This document shows, in pieces, positions 1-15,000 of a DNA stretch of 64,000 nt. The translations under genes were made by a program, and so were the position numbers. The first letter of the stretch is position 1; each line of letters opens with the position of its first letter. Origin of the DNA: Auanema rhodensis. Lineage: Eukaryota; Animalia; Nematoda. The stretch lies in the NCBI GenBank assembly GCA_964057225.1, contig OZ059895.1, positions 3,286,001 to 3,350,000 of the forward strand. The letters run 5' to 3'. The notes below the pieces were generated by a model, which did no database searches, had not been told where the DNA came from, and saw nothing but the letters and a program-made list of their open reading frames with translations.

Positions 1-3000
1 ATAAACTTTGATTTTTGTACACCCATAAATTATGCGCAGCACAGGTTACCCTTAAATAATGAACTGACCGACTAATCAGACATGGATCTTTCCTAGTTCT
101 GTTGCTTGAATGGATGTTTTCCTACGTAGGCTAGTAAAACATGCCCTTCAAAGCATCAGAACATGTGATCACATTCCAATTTTTTTGTATCTATCTTGTA
201 AAGATAGTAATATATCATATGTTGAACACTATGTTGGAAAGATTTTAATTCAGATTTTCTAACTTTTATTCAGTTTGTTTTTTTAACTTTGATTAAGAAC
301 TTTGATTTTTGTACACCCATAAATTATACGCAGCACAGGTTACCCTTAATTAATGAACTGACCGACTAATCAGACATGGATCTTTCCAAGTTCTGTTGCT
401 TGAACGGATGTTTTCCTACGTAGGCTAGTAAAACATGCCCTTCAAAGCATCAGAACATGTGATCACATTCCAATTTTTTTGTATCTATCTTGTAAAGATA
501 GTAATATATCATATGTTGAACACTATGTTGGAAAGATTTTAATTCAGATTTTCTAACTTTTATTCAGTTTGTTTTTTAAACTTTGATTAAGAACTTTGAT
601 TTTTGTACACCCATAAATTATACGCAGCACAGGTTACCCTTAAATAATGAACTGACCGACTAATCAGACATGGATCTTTCCTAGTTCTGTTGCTTGAATG
701 GATGTTTTCCTACGTAGGCTAGTAAAACATGCCCTTCAAAGCATCAGAACATGTGATCACATTCCAATTTTTTTGAAATCTATCTTGTAAAGATAGTAAT
801 AAACTTTGATTTTTGTACACCCATAAATTATACGCAGCACAGGTTACCCTTAAATAATGAACTGACCGACTAATCAGACATGGATCTTTCCTAGTTCTGT
901 TGCTTTAATGGATGTTTTCCTACGTAGGCTAGTAAAACATGCCCTTCAAAGCATCAGAACATGTGATCACATTCCAATTTTTTTGTATCTATCTTGTAAA
1001 GATAGTAATATATCATATGTTGAACACTATGTTGGAAAGATTTCAATTCAGATTTACGAACTTTTATTCAGTTTGTTTTTTAAACTTTGATTAAGAACTT
1101 TGATTTTTGTACACCCATAAATTATACGCAGCACAGGTTACCCTTAAATAATGAACTGACCGACTAATCAGACATGGATCTTTCCTAGTTCTGTTGCTTG
1201 AATGGATGTTTTCCTACGTAGGCTAGTAAAACATGCCCTTCAAAGCATCAGAACATGTGATCAAATTCCAATTTTTTTGTATCTATCTTGTAAAGATAGT
1301 AATATATCATATGTTGAACACTATGTTGGAAAGATTTTCATTCAGATTTTTTAATTTTTATTCAGTTTGTTTTTTAAACTTTGATTAAGAACTTTGATTT
1401 TTGTACACCCATAAATTATACGCAGCACAGGTTACCCTTAAATAATGAACTGACCGACTAATCAGACATGGATCTTTCCAAGTTCTGTTGCTTGAACGGA
1501 TGTTTTCCTACGTAGGCTAGTAAAACATGCCCTTCAAAGCATCAGAACATGTGATCACATTCCAATATTTTTGTATCTATCTTGTAAAGATAGTAATATA
1601 TCATATGTTGAACACTATGTTGGAAAGATTTTAATTCAGATTTTCTAACTCTTATTCAGTTTGTTTTTTAAACTTTGATTAAGAACTTTGATTTTTGTAC
1701 ACCCATAAATTATACGCAGCACAGGTTACCCTTAATTAATGAACTGACCGACTAATCAGACATGGATCTTTCCAAGTTCTGTTGCTTGAACGGATGTTTT
1801 CCTACGTAGGCTAGTAAAACATGCCCTTCAAAGCATCAGAACATGTGACCACATTCTAATTTTTTTGTATCTATCTTGTAAAGATAGTAATATATCATAT
1901 GTTGAACACTATGTTGGAAAGATTTTAATTCAGATTTTTTCAACTTTCACTCAATTTGTTTTCTAAACTTTGATTAAGAACTTTGATTTTTGTACACCCA
2001 TAAATTATACGCAGCACAGGTTACCCTTGAATAATGAACTGACCGACTAATCAGACATGGATCTTTCCAAGTTCTGTTGCTTGAACGGATGTTTTCCTAC
2101 GTAGGCTAGTAAAACATGCCCTTCAAAGCATCAGAACATGTGATCACATTCCATTTTTTTTGTATCTATCTTGTAAAGATAGTAATATATCATATGTTGA
2201 ACACTATGTTGGAAAGATTTTAATTCAGATTTTCTAACTTTTATTCAGTTTGTTTTTTAAACTTTGATTAAGAACTTTGATTTTTGTACACCCATAAATT
2301 ATACGCAGCACAGGTTACCCTTAATTAATGAACTGACCGACTAATCAGACATGGATCTTTCCTAGTTCTGTTGCTTGAATGGATGTTTTCCTACGTAGGC
2401 TAGTAAAACATGCCCTTCAAAGCATCAGAACATGTGATCAAATTCCAATTTTTTTGTATCTATCTTGTAAAGATAGTAATATATCATATGTTGAACACTA
2501 TGTTGGAAAGATTTTCATTCAGATTTTTTAATTTTTATTCAGTTTGTTTTTTAAACTTTGATTAAGAACTTTGATTTTTGTACACCCATAAATTATACGC
2601 AGCACAGGTTACCCTTAAATAATGAACTGACCGACTAATCAGACATGGATCTTTCCAAGTTCTGTTGCTTGAACGGATGTTTTCCTACGTAGGCTAGTAA
2701 AACATGCCCTTCAAAGCATCAGAACATGTGATCACATTCCAATATTTTTGTATCTATCTTGTAAAGATAGTAATATATCATATGTTGAACACTATGTTGG
2801 AAAGATTTTAATTCAGATTTTCTAACTCTTATTCAGTTTGTTTTTTAAACTTTGATTAAGAACTTTGATTTTTGTACACCCATAAATTATACGCAGCACA
2901 GGTTACCCTTAATTAATGAACTGACCGACTAATCAGACATGGATCTTTCCAAGTTCTGTTGCTTGAACGGATGTTTTCCTACGTAGGCTAGTAAAACATG

Positions 3001-6000
3001 CCCTTCAAAGCATCAGAACATGTGACCACATTCTAATTTTTTTGTATCTATCTTGTAAAGATAGTAATATATCATATGTTGAACACTATGTTGGAAAGAT
3101 TTTAATTCAGATTTTTTCAACTTTCACTCAATTTGTTTTCTAAACTTTGATTAAGAACTTTGATTTTTGTACACCCATAAATTATACGCAGCACAGGTTA
3201 CCCTTGAATAATGAACTGACCGACTAATCAGACATGGATCTTTCCAAGTTCTGTTGCTTGAACGGATGTTTTCCTACGTAGGCTAGTAAAACATGCCCTT
3301 CAAAGCATCAGAACATGTGATCACATTCCATTTTTTTTGTATCTATCTTGTAAAGATAGTAATATATCATATGTTGAACACTATGTTGGAAAGATTTTAA
3401 TTCAGATTTTCTAACTTTTATTCAGTTTGTTTTTTAAACTTTGATTAAGAACTTTGATTTTTGTACACCCATAAATTATACGCAGCACAGGTTACCCTTA
3501 AATAATGAACTGACCGACTAATCAGACATGGATCTTTCCTAGTTCTGTTGCTTGAACGGATGTTTTCCTACGTAGGCTAGTAAAACATGCCCTTCAAAGC
3601 ATCAGAACATGTGATCACATTCCAATTTTTTTGAAATCTATCTTGTAAAGATAGTAATAAACTTTGATTTTTGTACACCCATAAATTATACGCAGCACAG
3701 GTTACCCTTAAATAATGAACTGACCGACTAATCAGACATGGATCTTTCCTAGTTCTGTTGCTTGAATGGATGTTTTCCTACGTAGGCTAGTAAAACATGC
3801 CCTTCAAAGCATCAGAACATGTGATCACATTCCAATTTTTTTGAAATCTATCTTGTAAAGATAGTAATAAACTTTGATTTTTGTACACCCATAAATTATA
3901 CGCAGCACAAGTTACCCTTAAATAATAAACTGACCGACTAATCAGACATGGATCTTTCCTAGTTCTGTTGCTTGAATGGATGTTTTCCTACGTAGGCTAG
4001 TAAAACATGCCCTTCAAAGCATCAGAACATGTGATCACATTCCAATTTTTTTGAAATCTATCTTGTAAAGATAGTAATAAACTTTGATTTTTGTACACCC
4101 ATAAATTATACGCAGCACAGGTTACCCTTAAATAATGAACTGACCGACTAATCAGACATGGATCTTTCCTAGTTCTGTTGCTTGAATGGATGTTTTCCTA
4201 CGTAGGCTAGTAAAACATGCCCTTCAAAGCATCAGAACATGTGATCACATTCCAATTTTTTCGTATCTTTCTTGTAAAGATAGTAATATATCATATGTTG
4301 AACACTATGTTGGAAAGATTTTAATTCAGATTTTCGAACTTTTATTCAGTTTGTTTTTTAAACTTTGATTAAGAACTTTGATTTTTGTACACCCATAAAT
4401 TATACGCAGCACAGGTTACCCTTAATTAATGAACTGACCGACTAATCAGACATGGATCTTTCCAAGTTCTGTTGCTTGAACGGATGTTTTCCTACGAAGG
4501 CTAGTAAAACATGCCCTTCAAAGCATCAGAACATGTGATCACATTCCAATATTTTTGTATCTATCTTGTAAAGATAGTAATATATCATATGTTGAACACT
4601 ATGTTGGAAAGATTTTAATTCAGATTTTCTAACTTTTATTCAGTTTGTTTTTTAAACTTTGATTAAGAACTTTGATTTTTGTACACCCATAAATTATACG
4701 CAGCACAGGTTACCCTTAAATAATGAACTGACCGACTAATCAGACATGGATCTTTCCTAGTTCTGTTGCTTGAATGGATGTTTTCCTACGTAGGCTAGTA
4801 AAACATGCCCTTCAAAGCATCAGAACATGTGATCACATTCCAATTTTTTTGTATCTATCTTGTAAAGATAGTAATATATCATATGTTGAACACTATGTTG
4901 GAAAGATTTTAATTCAGATTTACGAACTTTTATTCAGTTTGTTTTTTAAACTTTGATTAAGAACTTTGATTTTTGTACACCCATAAATTATACGCAGCAC
5001 AGGTTACCCTTAATTAATGAACTGACCGACTAATCAGACATGGATCTTTCCAAGTTCTGTTGCTTGAACGGATGTTTTCCTACGTAGGCTAGTAAAACAT
5101 GCCCTTCAAAGCATCAGAACATGTGATCACATTCCAATTTTTTTGTATCTATCTTGTAAAGATAGTAATATATCATATGTTGAACACTATGTTGGAAAGA
5201 TTTTAATTCAGATTTTTTCAACTTTCACTCAATTTGTTTTCTAAACTTTGATTAAGAACTTTGATTTTTGTACACCCATAAATTATACGCAGCACAGGTT
5301 ACCCTTGAATAATGAACTGACCGACTAATCAGACATGGATCTTTCCAAGTTCTGTTGCTTGAACGGATGTTTTCCTACGTAGGCTAGTAAAACATGCCCT
5401 TCAAAGCATCAGAACATGTGATCACATTCCAATTTTTTTGTATCTATCTTGTAAAGATAGTAATATATCATATGTTGAACACTATGTTGGAAAGATTTTA
5501 ATTCAGATTTTCTAACTTTTATTCAGTTTGTTTTTTAAACTTTGATTAAGAACTTTGATTTTTGTACACCCATAAATTATACGCAGCACAGGTTACCCTT
5601 AAATAATGAACTGACCGACTAATCAGACATGGATCTTTCCTAGTTCTGTTGCTTGAATGGATGTTTTCCTACGTAGGCTAGTAAAACATGCCCTTCAAAG
5701 CATCAGAACATGTGATCACATTCCAATTTTTTTGAAATCTATCTTGTAAAGATAGTAATATATCATATTTTGAACACTATGTTGGAAAGATTTTAATTCA
5801 GATTTTTTCAACTTTCACTCAGTTTGTTTTCTAAACTTTGATTAAGAACCTTGTTGTTTGTACACCCATAAAATATACGCAGCACAGGTTACCCTTAAAT
5901 AATGAACTGACCGTCTAATCAGACATGGATCTTCCCAAGTTCTGTTGCTTGAATGGATGTTTTCCTACGTAGGCTAGTAAAACATGCCCTTCAAAGCATC

Positions 6001-9000
6001 AGAACATGTGATCACATTCCAATTTTTTTGTATCTATCTTGTAAAGATAGTAATATATCATATGTTGAACACTATGTTGGAAAGATTTTAATTCAGATTT
6101 TCTAACTTTTATTCAGTTTGTTTTTTAAACTTTGATTAAGAACTTTGATTTTTGTACACCCATAAATTATACGCAGCACAGGTTACCCTTAAATAATGAA
6201 CTGACCGACTAATCAGACATGGATCTTTCCTAGTTCTGTTGCTTGAATGGATGTTTTCCTACGTAGGCTAGTAAAACATGCCCTTCAAAGCATCAGAACA
6301 TGTGATCACATTCCAATTTTTTTGAAATCTATCTTGTAAAGATAGTAATAAACTTTGATTTTTGTACACCCATAAATTATACGCAGCACAGGTTACCCTT
6401 AAATAATGAACTGACCGACTAATCAGACATGGATCTTTCCAAGTTCTGTTGCTTGAACGGATGTTTTCCTACGTAGGCTAGTAAAACATTCCCTTCAAAG
6501 CATCAGAACATGTGACCACATTCCAATTTTTTTGTATCTATCTTGTAAAGATAATAATATATCATATGTTGAACACTATGTTGGAAAGATTTTAATTCAC
6601 ATTTTTTCAACTTTCACTCAATTTGTTTTCTAAACTTTGATTAAGAACTTTGATTTTTGTACACCCATAAATTATACGCAGCACAGGTTACCCTTGAATA
6701 ATGAACTGACCGACTAATCAGACATGGATCTTTCCTAGTTCTGTTGCTTGAATGGATGTTTTCCTACGTAGGCTAGTAAAACATGCCCTTCAAAGCATCA
6801 GAACATGTGATCACATTCCAATTTTTTTGTATCTATCTTGTAAAGATAGTAATAAACTTTGATTTTTGTACACCCATAAATTATACGCAGCACAGGTTAC
6901 CCTTAAATAATGAACTGACCGACTAATCAGACATGGATCTTTCCTAGTTCTGTTGCTTGAATGGATGTTTTCCTACGTAGGCTAGTAAAACATGCCCTTC
7001 AAAGCATCAGAACATGTGATCACATTCCAATTTTTTTGTATCTATCTTGTAAAGATAGTAATATATCATATGTTGAACACTATGTTGGAAAGATTTTAAT
7101 TCAGATTTACGAACTTTTATTCAGTTTGTTTTTTAAACTTTGATTAAGAACTTTGATTTTTGTACACCCATAAATTATACGCAGCACAGGTTACCCTTAA
7201 TTAATGAACTGACCGACTAATCAGACATGGATCTTTCCAAGTTCTGTTGCTTGAACGGATGTTTTCCTACGTAGGCTAATAAAACATGCCCTTCAAAGCA
7301 TCAGAACATGTGATCACATTCCAATTTTTTTGTATCTATCTTGTAAAGATAGTAATATATCATATGTTGAACACTATGTTGGAAAGATTTTAATTCAGAT
7401 TTTCTAACTTTCATTCAGTTTGTTTTTTAAACTTTGATTAAGAACTTTGATTTTTGTACACCCATAAATTATACGCAGCACAGGTTACCCTTAAATAATG
7501 AACTGACCGACTAATCAGACATGGATCTTTCCTAGTTCTGTTGCTTGAATGGATGTTTTCCTACGTAGGCTAGTAAAACATGCCCTTCAAAGCATCAGAA
7601 CATGTGATCACATTCCAATTTTTTTGAAATCTATCTTGTAAAGATAGTAAAAAACTTTGATTTTTGTACACCCATAAATTATACGCAGCACAGGTTACCC
7701 TTAAATAATGAACTGACCGACTAATCAGACATGGATCTTCCCAAGTTCTGTTGCTTGAATGGATGTTTTCCTACGTAGGCTAGTAAAACATGCCCTTCAA
7801 AGCATCAGAACATGTGATCACATTCCAATTTTTTTGTATCTATCTTGTAAAGATAGTAATATATCATATGTTGAACACTATGTTGGAAAGATTTTAATTC
7901 AGATTTTCTAACTTTTATTCAGTTTGTTTTTTAAACTTTGATTAAGAACTTTGATTTTTGTACACCCATAAATTATACGCAGCACAGGTTACCCTTAATT
8001 AATGAACTGACCGACTAATCAGACATGGATCTTCCCAAGTTCTGTTGCTCTTGAATGGATGTTTTCCTACGTAGGCTAGTAAAACATGCCCTTCAAAGCA
8101 TCAGAACATGTGATCACATTCCAATATTTTTGTATCTATCTTGTTAAGATAGTAATATATCATATGTTGAACACTATGTTGGAAAGATTTTAATTCAGAT
8201 TTTCTAACTTTTATTCAGTTTGTTTTTTAAACTTTGATTAAGAACTTTGATTTTTGTACACCCATAAATTATACGCAGCACAGGTTACCCTTAAATAATG
8301 AACTGACCGACTAATCAGACATGGATCTTTCCTAGTTCTGTTGCTTGAATGGATGTTTTCCTACGTAGGCTAGTAAAACATGCCCTTCAAAGCATCAGAA
8401 CATGTGATCACATTCCAATTTTTTTGAAATCTATCTTGTAAAGATAGTAATAAACTTTGATTTTTGTACACCCATAAATTATACGCAGCACAGGTTACCC
8501 TTAAATAATGAACTGACCGACTAATCAGACATGGATCTTTCCTAGTTCTGTTGCTTGAATGGATGTTTTCCTACGTAGGCTAGTAAAACATGCCCTTCAA
8601 AGCATCAGAACATGTGATCACATTCCAATTTTTTTGAAATCTATCTTGTAAAGATAGTAATAAACTTTGATTTTTGTACACCCATAAATTATACGCAGCA
8701 CAGGTTACCCTTAAATAATGAACTGACCGACTAATCAGACATGGATCTTTCCTAGTTCTGTTGCTTGAATGGATGTTTTCCTACGTAGGCTAGTAAAACA
8801 TGCCCTTCAAAGCATCAGAACATGTGATCACATTCCAATTTTTTTGTATCTATCTTGTAAAGATAGTAATATATCATATGTTGAACACTATGTTGGAAAG
8901 ATTTTAATTCAGATTTACGAACTTTTATTCAGTTTGTTTTTTAAACTTTGATTAAGAACTTTGATTTTTGTACACCCATAAATTATACGCAGCACAGGTT

Positions 9001-12000
9001 ACCCTTAATTAATGAACTGACCGACTAATCAGACATGGATCTTTCCAAGTTCTGTTGCTTGAACGGATGTTTTCCTACGTAGGCTAGTAAAACATGCCCT
9101 TCAAAGCATCAGAACATGTGATCACATTCCAATTTTTTTGTATCTATCTTGTAAAGATAGTAATATATCATATGTTGAACACTATGTTGGAAAGATTTTA
9201 ATTCAGATTTTCTAACTTTTATTCAGTTTGTTTTTTAAACTTTGATTAAGAACTTTGATTTTTGTACACCCATAAATTATACGCAGCACAGGTTACCCTT
9301 AAATAATGAACTGACCGACTAATCAGACATGGATCTTTCCTAGTTCTGTTGCTTGAATGGATGTTTTCCTACGTAGGCTAGTAAAACATGCCCTTCAAAG
9401 CATCAGATCATGTGATCACATTCCAATTTTTTTGAAATCTATCTTGTAAAGATAGTAATAAACTTTGATTTTTGTACACCCATAAATTATACGCAGCACA
9501 GGTTACCCTTAAATAATGAACTGACCGACTAATCAGACATGGATCTTTCCTAGTTCTGTTGCTTTAATGGATGTTTTCCTACGTAGGCTAGTAAAACATG
9601 CCCTTCAAAGCATCAGAACATGTGATCACATTCCAATTTTTTTGTATCTATCTTGTAAAGATAGTAATATATCATATGTTGAACACTATGTTGGAAAGAT
9701 TTTGCTTCAGATTTTTTCAACTTTCACTCAATTTGTTTTCTAAACTTTGATTAAGAACTTTGATTTTTGTACACCCATAAATTATACGCAGCACAGGTTA
9801 CCCTTGAATAATGAACTGACCGACTAATCAGACATGGATCTTTCCTAGTTCTGTTGCTTGAATGGATGTTTTCCTACGTAGGCTAGTAAAACATGCCCTT
9901 CAAAGCATCAGATCATGTGATCACATTCCAATTTTTTTGTATCTATCTTGTAAAGATAGTAATAAACTTTGATTTTTGTTCACCCATAAATTATACGCAG
10001 CACAGGTTACCCTTAAATAATGAACTGACCGACTAATCAGACATGGATCTTTCCAAGTTCTGTTGCTTGAACGGATGTTTTCCTACGTAGGCTAGTAAAA
10101 CATGCCCTTCAAAGCATCAGAACATGTGATCACATTTCAATTTTTTTGTATCTATCTTGTAAAGATAGTAATATATCATATGTTGAACACTATGTTGGAA
10201 AGATTTTAATTCAGATTTTTTCAACTTTCACTCAGTTTGTTTTCTAAACTTTGATTAAGAACCTTGTTGTTTGTACACCCATAAAATATACGCAGCACAG
10301 GTTACCCTTAAATAATGAACTGACCGTCTAATCAGACATGGATCTTCCCAAGTTCTGTTGCTTGAATGGATGTTTTCCTACGTAGGCTAGTAAAACATGC
10401 CCTTCAAAGCATCAGAACATGTGATCACATTCCAATTTTTTTGTATCTATCTTGTAAAGATAGTAATATATCATATGTTGAACACTATGTTGGAAAGATT
10501 TTAATTCAGATTTTCTAACTTTTATTCAGTTTGTTTTTTAAACTTTGATTAAGAACTTTGATTTTTGTACACCCATAAATTATACGCAGCACAGGTTACC
10601 CTTAAATAATGAACTGACCGACTAATCAGACATGGATCTTTCCTAGTTCTGTTGCTTGAATGGATGTTTTCCTACGTAGGCTAGTAAAACATGCCCTTCA
10701 AAGCATCAGAACATGTGATCACATTCCAATTTTTTTGAAATCTATCTTGTAAAGATAGTAATAAACTTTGATTTTTGTACACCCATAAATTATACGCAGC
10801 ACAGGTTACCCTTAAATAATGAACTGACCGACTAATCAGACATGGATCTTTCCAAGTTCTGTTGCTTGAACGGATGCTTTCCTACGTAGGCTAGTAAAAC
10901 ATGCCCTTCAAAGCATCAGAACATGTGACCACATTCCAATTTTTTTGTATCTATCTTGTAAAGATAATAATATATCATATGTTGAACACTATGTTGGAAA
11001 GATTTTAATTCACATTTTTTCAACTTTCACTCAATTTGTTTTCTAAACTTTGATTAAGAACTTTGATTTTTGTACACCCATAAATTATACGCAGCACAGG
11101 TTACCCTTGAATAATGAACTGACCGACTAATCAGACATGGATCTTTCCTAGTTCTGTTGCTTGAATGGATGTTTTCCTACGTAGGCTAGTAAAACATGCC
11201 CTTCAAAGCATCAGAACATGTGATCACATTCCAATTTTTTTGAAATCTATCTTGTAAAGATAGTAATAAACTTTGATTTTTGTACACCCATAAATTATAC
11301 GCAGCACAGGTTACCCTTAAATAATGAACTGACCGACTAATCAGACATGGATCTTTCCTAGTTCTGTTGCTTGAATGGATGTTTTCCTACGTAGGCTAGT
11401 AAAACATGCCCTTCAAAGCATCAGAACATGTGATCACATTCCAATTTTTTTGTATCTATCTTGTAAAGATAGTAATATATCATATGTTGAACACTATGTT
11501 GGAAAGATTTTAATTCAGATTTACGAACTTTTATTCAGTTTGTTTTTTAAACTTTGATTAAGAACTTTGATTTTTGTACACCCATAAATTATACGCAGCA
11601 CAGGTTACCCTTAATTAATGAACTGACCGACTAATCAGACATGGATCTTCCCAAGTTCTGTTGCTTGAATGGATGTTTTCCTACGTAGGCTAGTAAAACA
11701 TGCCCTTCAAAGCATCAGAACATGTGATCACATTCCAATTTTTTTGTATCTATCTTGTAAAGATAGTAATATATCATATGTTGAACACTATGTTGGAAAG
11801 ATTTTAATTCGGATTTTCTAACTTTTATTCAGTTTGTTTTTTAAACTTTGATTAAGAACTTTGATTTTTGTACACCCATAAATTATACGCAGCACAGGTT
11901 ACCCTTAATTAATGAACTGACCGACTAATCAGACATGGATCTTTCCAAGTTCTGTTGCTTGAACGGATGTTTTCCTACGAAGGCTAGTAAAACATGCCCT

Positions 12001-15000
12001 TCAAAGCATCAGAACATGTGATCACATTCCAATTTTTTTGTATCTATCTTGTAAAGATAGTAATAAACTTTGATTTTTGTACACCCATAAATTATACGCA
12101 GCACAGGTTACCCTTAAATAATGAACTGACCGACTAATCAGACATGGATCTTTCCTAGTTCTGTTGCATGAATGGATGTTTTCCTACGTAGGCTAGTAAA
12201 ACATGCCCTTCAAAGCATCAGAACATGTGATCACATTCCAATTTTTTTGTATCTATCTTGTAAAGATAGTAATAAACTTTGATTTTTGTACACCCATAAA
12301 TTATACGCAGCACAGGTTACCCTTAAATAATGAACTGACCGACTAATCAGACATGGATCTTTCCTAGTTCTGTTGCTTGAACGGATGTTTTCCTACGTAG
12401 GCTAGTAAAACATGCCCTTCAAAGCATCAGAACATGTGATCACATTCCAATTTTTTTGTATCTATCTTGTAAAGATAGTAATATATCATATGTTGAACAC
12501 TATGTTGGAAAGATTTTAATTCAGATTTTCTAACTTTTATTCAGTTTGTTTTTTTAACTTTGATTAAGAACTTTGATTTTTGTACACCCATAAATTATAC
12601 GCAGCACAGGTTACCCTTAAATAATGAACTGACCGACTAATCAGACATGGATCTTTCCTAGTTCTGTTGCTTGAATGGATGTTTTCCTACGTAGGCTAGT
12701 AAAACATGCCCTTCAAAGCATCAGAACATGTGATCACATTCCAATTTTTTTGTATCTATCTTGTAAAGATAGTAATATATCATATGTTGAACACTATGTT
12801 GGAAAGATTTTAATTCGGATTTTCTAACTTTTATTCAGTTTGTTTTTTAAACTTTGATTAAGAACTTTGATTTTTGTACACCCATAAATTATACGCAGCA
12901 CAGGTTACCCTTAAATAATGAACTGACCGACTAATCAGACATGGATCTTTCCTAGTTCTGTTGCTTGAATGGATGTTTTCCTACGTAGGCTAGTAAAACA
13001 TGCCCTTCAAAGCATCAGAACATGTGATCAAATTCCAATTTTTTTGTATCTATCTTGTAAAGATAGTAATATATCATATGTTGAACACTATGTTGGAAAG
13101 ATTTTAATTCAGATTTTCGAACTTTTATTCAGTTTGTTTTTTAAACTTTGATTAAGAACTTTGATTTTTGTACACCCATAAATTATACGCAGCACAGGTT
13201 ACCCTTAATTAATGAACTGACCGACTAATCAGACATGGATCTTTCCAAGTTCTGTTGCTTGAACGGATGTTTTCCTACGAAGGCTAGTAAAACATGCCCT
13301 TCAAAGCATCAGAACATGTGATCACATTCCAATATTTTTGTATCTATCTTGTAAAGATAGTAATATATCATATGTTGAACACTATGTTGGAAAGATTTTA
13401 ATTCAGATTTTCTAACTTTTATTCAGTTTGTTTTTTAAACTTTGATTAAGAACTTTGATTTTTGTACACCCATAAATTATAAGCAGCACAGGTTACCCTT
13501 AAATAATGAACTGACCGACTAATCAGACATGGATCTTTCCTAGTTCTGTTGCTTGAATGGATGTTTTCCTACGTAGGCTAGTAAAACATGCCCTTCAAAG
13601 CATCAGAACATGTGATCACATTCCAATTTTTTTGAAATCTATCTTGTAAAGATAGTAATAAACTTTGATTTTTGTACACCCATAAATTATACGCAGCACA
13701 GGTTACCCTTAAATAATGAACTGACCGACTAATCAGACATCGATCTTTCCTAGTTCTGTTGCTTGAATGGATGTTTTCCTACGTAGGCTAGTAAAACATG
13801 CCCTTCAAAGCATCAGAACATGTGATCACATTCCAATTTTTTTGTATCTTTCTTGTAAAGATAGTAATATATCATATGTTGAACACTATGTTGGAAAGAT
13901 TTTAATTCAGATTTTCGAACTTTTATTCAGTTTGTTTTTTAAACTTTGATCAAGAACTTTGATTTTTGTACACCCATAAATTATACGCAGCACAGGTTAC
14001 CCTTAATTAATGAACTGACCGACTAATCAGACATGGATCTTTCCAAGTTCTGTTGCTTGAACGGATGTTTTCCTACGAAGGCTAGTAAAACATGCCCTTC
14101 AAAGCATCAGAACATGTGATCACATTCCAATATTTTTGTATCTATCTTGTAAAGATAGTAATATATCATATGTTGAACACTATGTTGGAAAGATTTTAAT
14201 TCAGATTTTCGAACTTTTATTCAGTTTGTTTTTTAAACTTTGATTAAGAACTTTGATTTTTGTACACCCATAAATTATACGCAGCACAGGTTACCCTTAA
14301 TTAATGAACTGACCGACTAATCAGACATGGATCTTTCCAAGTTCTGTTGCTTGAACGGATGTTTTCCTACGAAGGCTAGTAAAACATGCCCTTCAAAGCA
14401 TCAGAACATGTGATCACATTCCAATATTTTTGTATCTATCTTGTAAAGATAGTAATATATCATATGTTGAACACTATGTTGGAAAGATTTTAATTCAGAT
14501 TTTCTAACTTTTATTCAGTTTGTTTTTTAAACTTTGATTAAGAACTTTGATTTTTGTACACCCATAAATTATACGCAGCACAGGTTACCCTTAAATAATG
14601 AACTGACCGACTAATCAGACATGGATCTTTCCTAGTTCTGTTGCTTGAATGGATGTTTTCCTACGTAGGCTAGTAAAACATGCCCTTCCAAGCATCAGAA
14701 CATGTGATCACATTCCAATTTTTTTGAAATCTATCTTGTAAAGATAGTAATAAACTTTGATTTTTGTACACCCATAAATTATACGCAGCACAGGTTACCC
14801 TTAATTAATGAACTGACCGACTAATCAGACATGGATCTTTCCTAGTTCTGTTGCTTGAATGGATGTTTTCCTACGTAGGCTAGTAAAACATGCCCTTCAA
14901 AGCATCAGAACATGTGATCACATTCCAATTTTTTTGTATCTATCTTGTAAAGATAGTAATATATCATATGTTGAACACTATGTTGGAAAGATTTTAATTC

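Noticed and set aside
60-210. Hammerhead ribozyme in the satellite (minus strand CTGATGC...GAAA)
   Set aside because: Core reads CUGAUGC rather than CUGAnGA, and GAAA does not close a stem II or III geometry.
160-210. SL RNA / snRNA / 5S gene array (AATTTTTTTG Sm-like site followed by a hairpin)
   Set aside because: No recognisable spliced-leader, snRNA or 5S sequence. T-tracts are common here and the site is often mutated (AATATTTTTG). An Rfam search would settle it.
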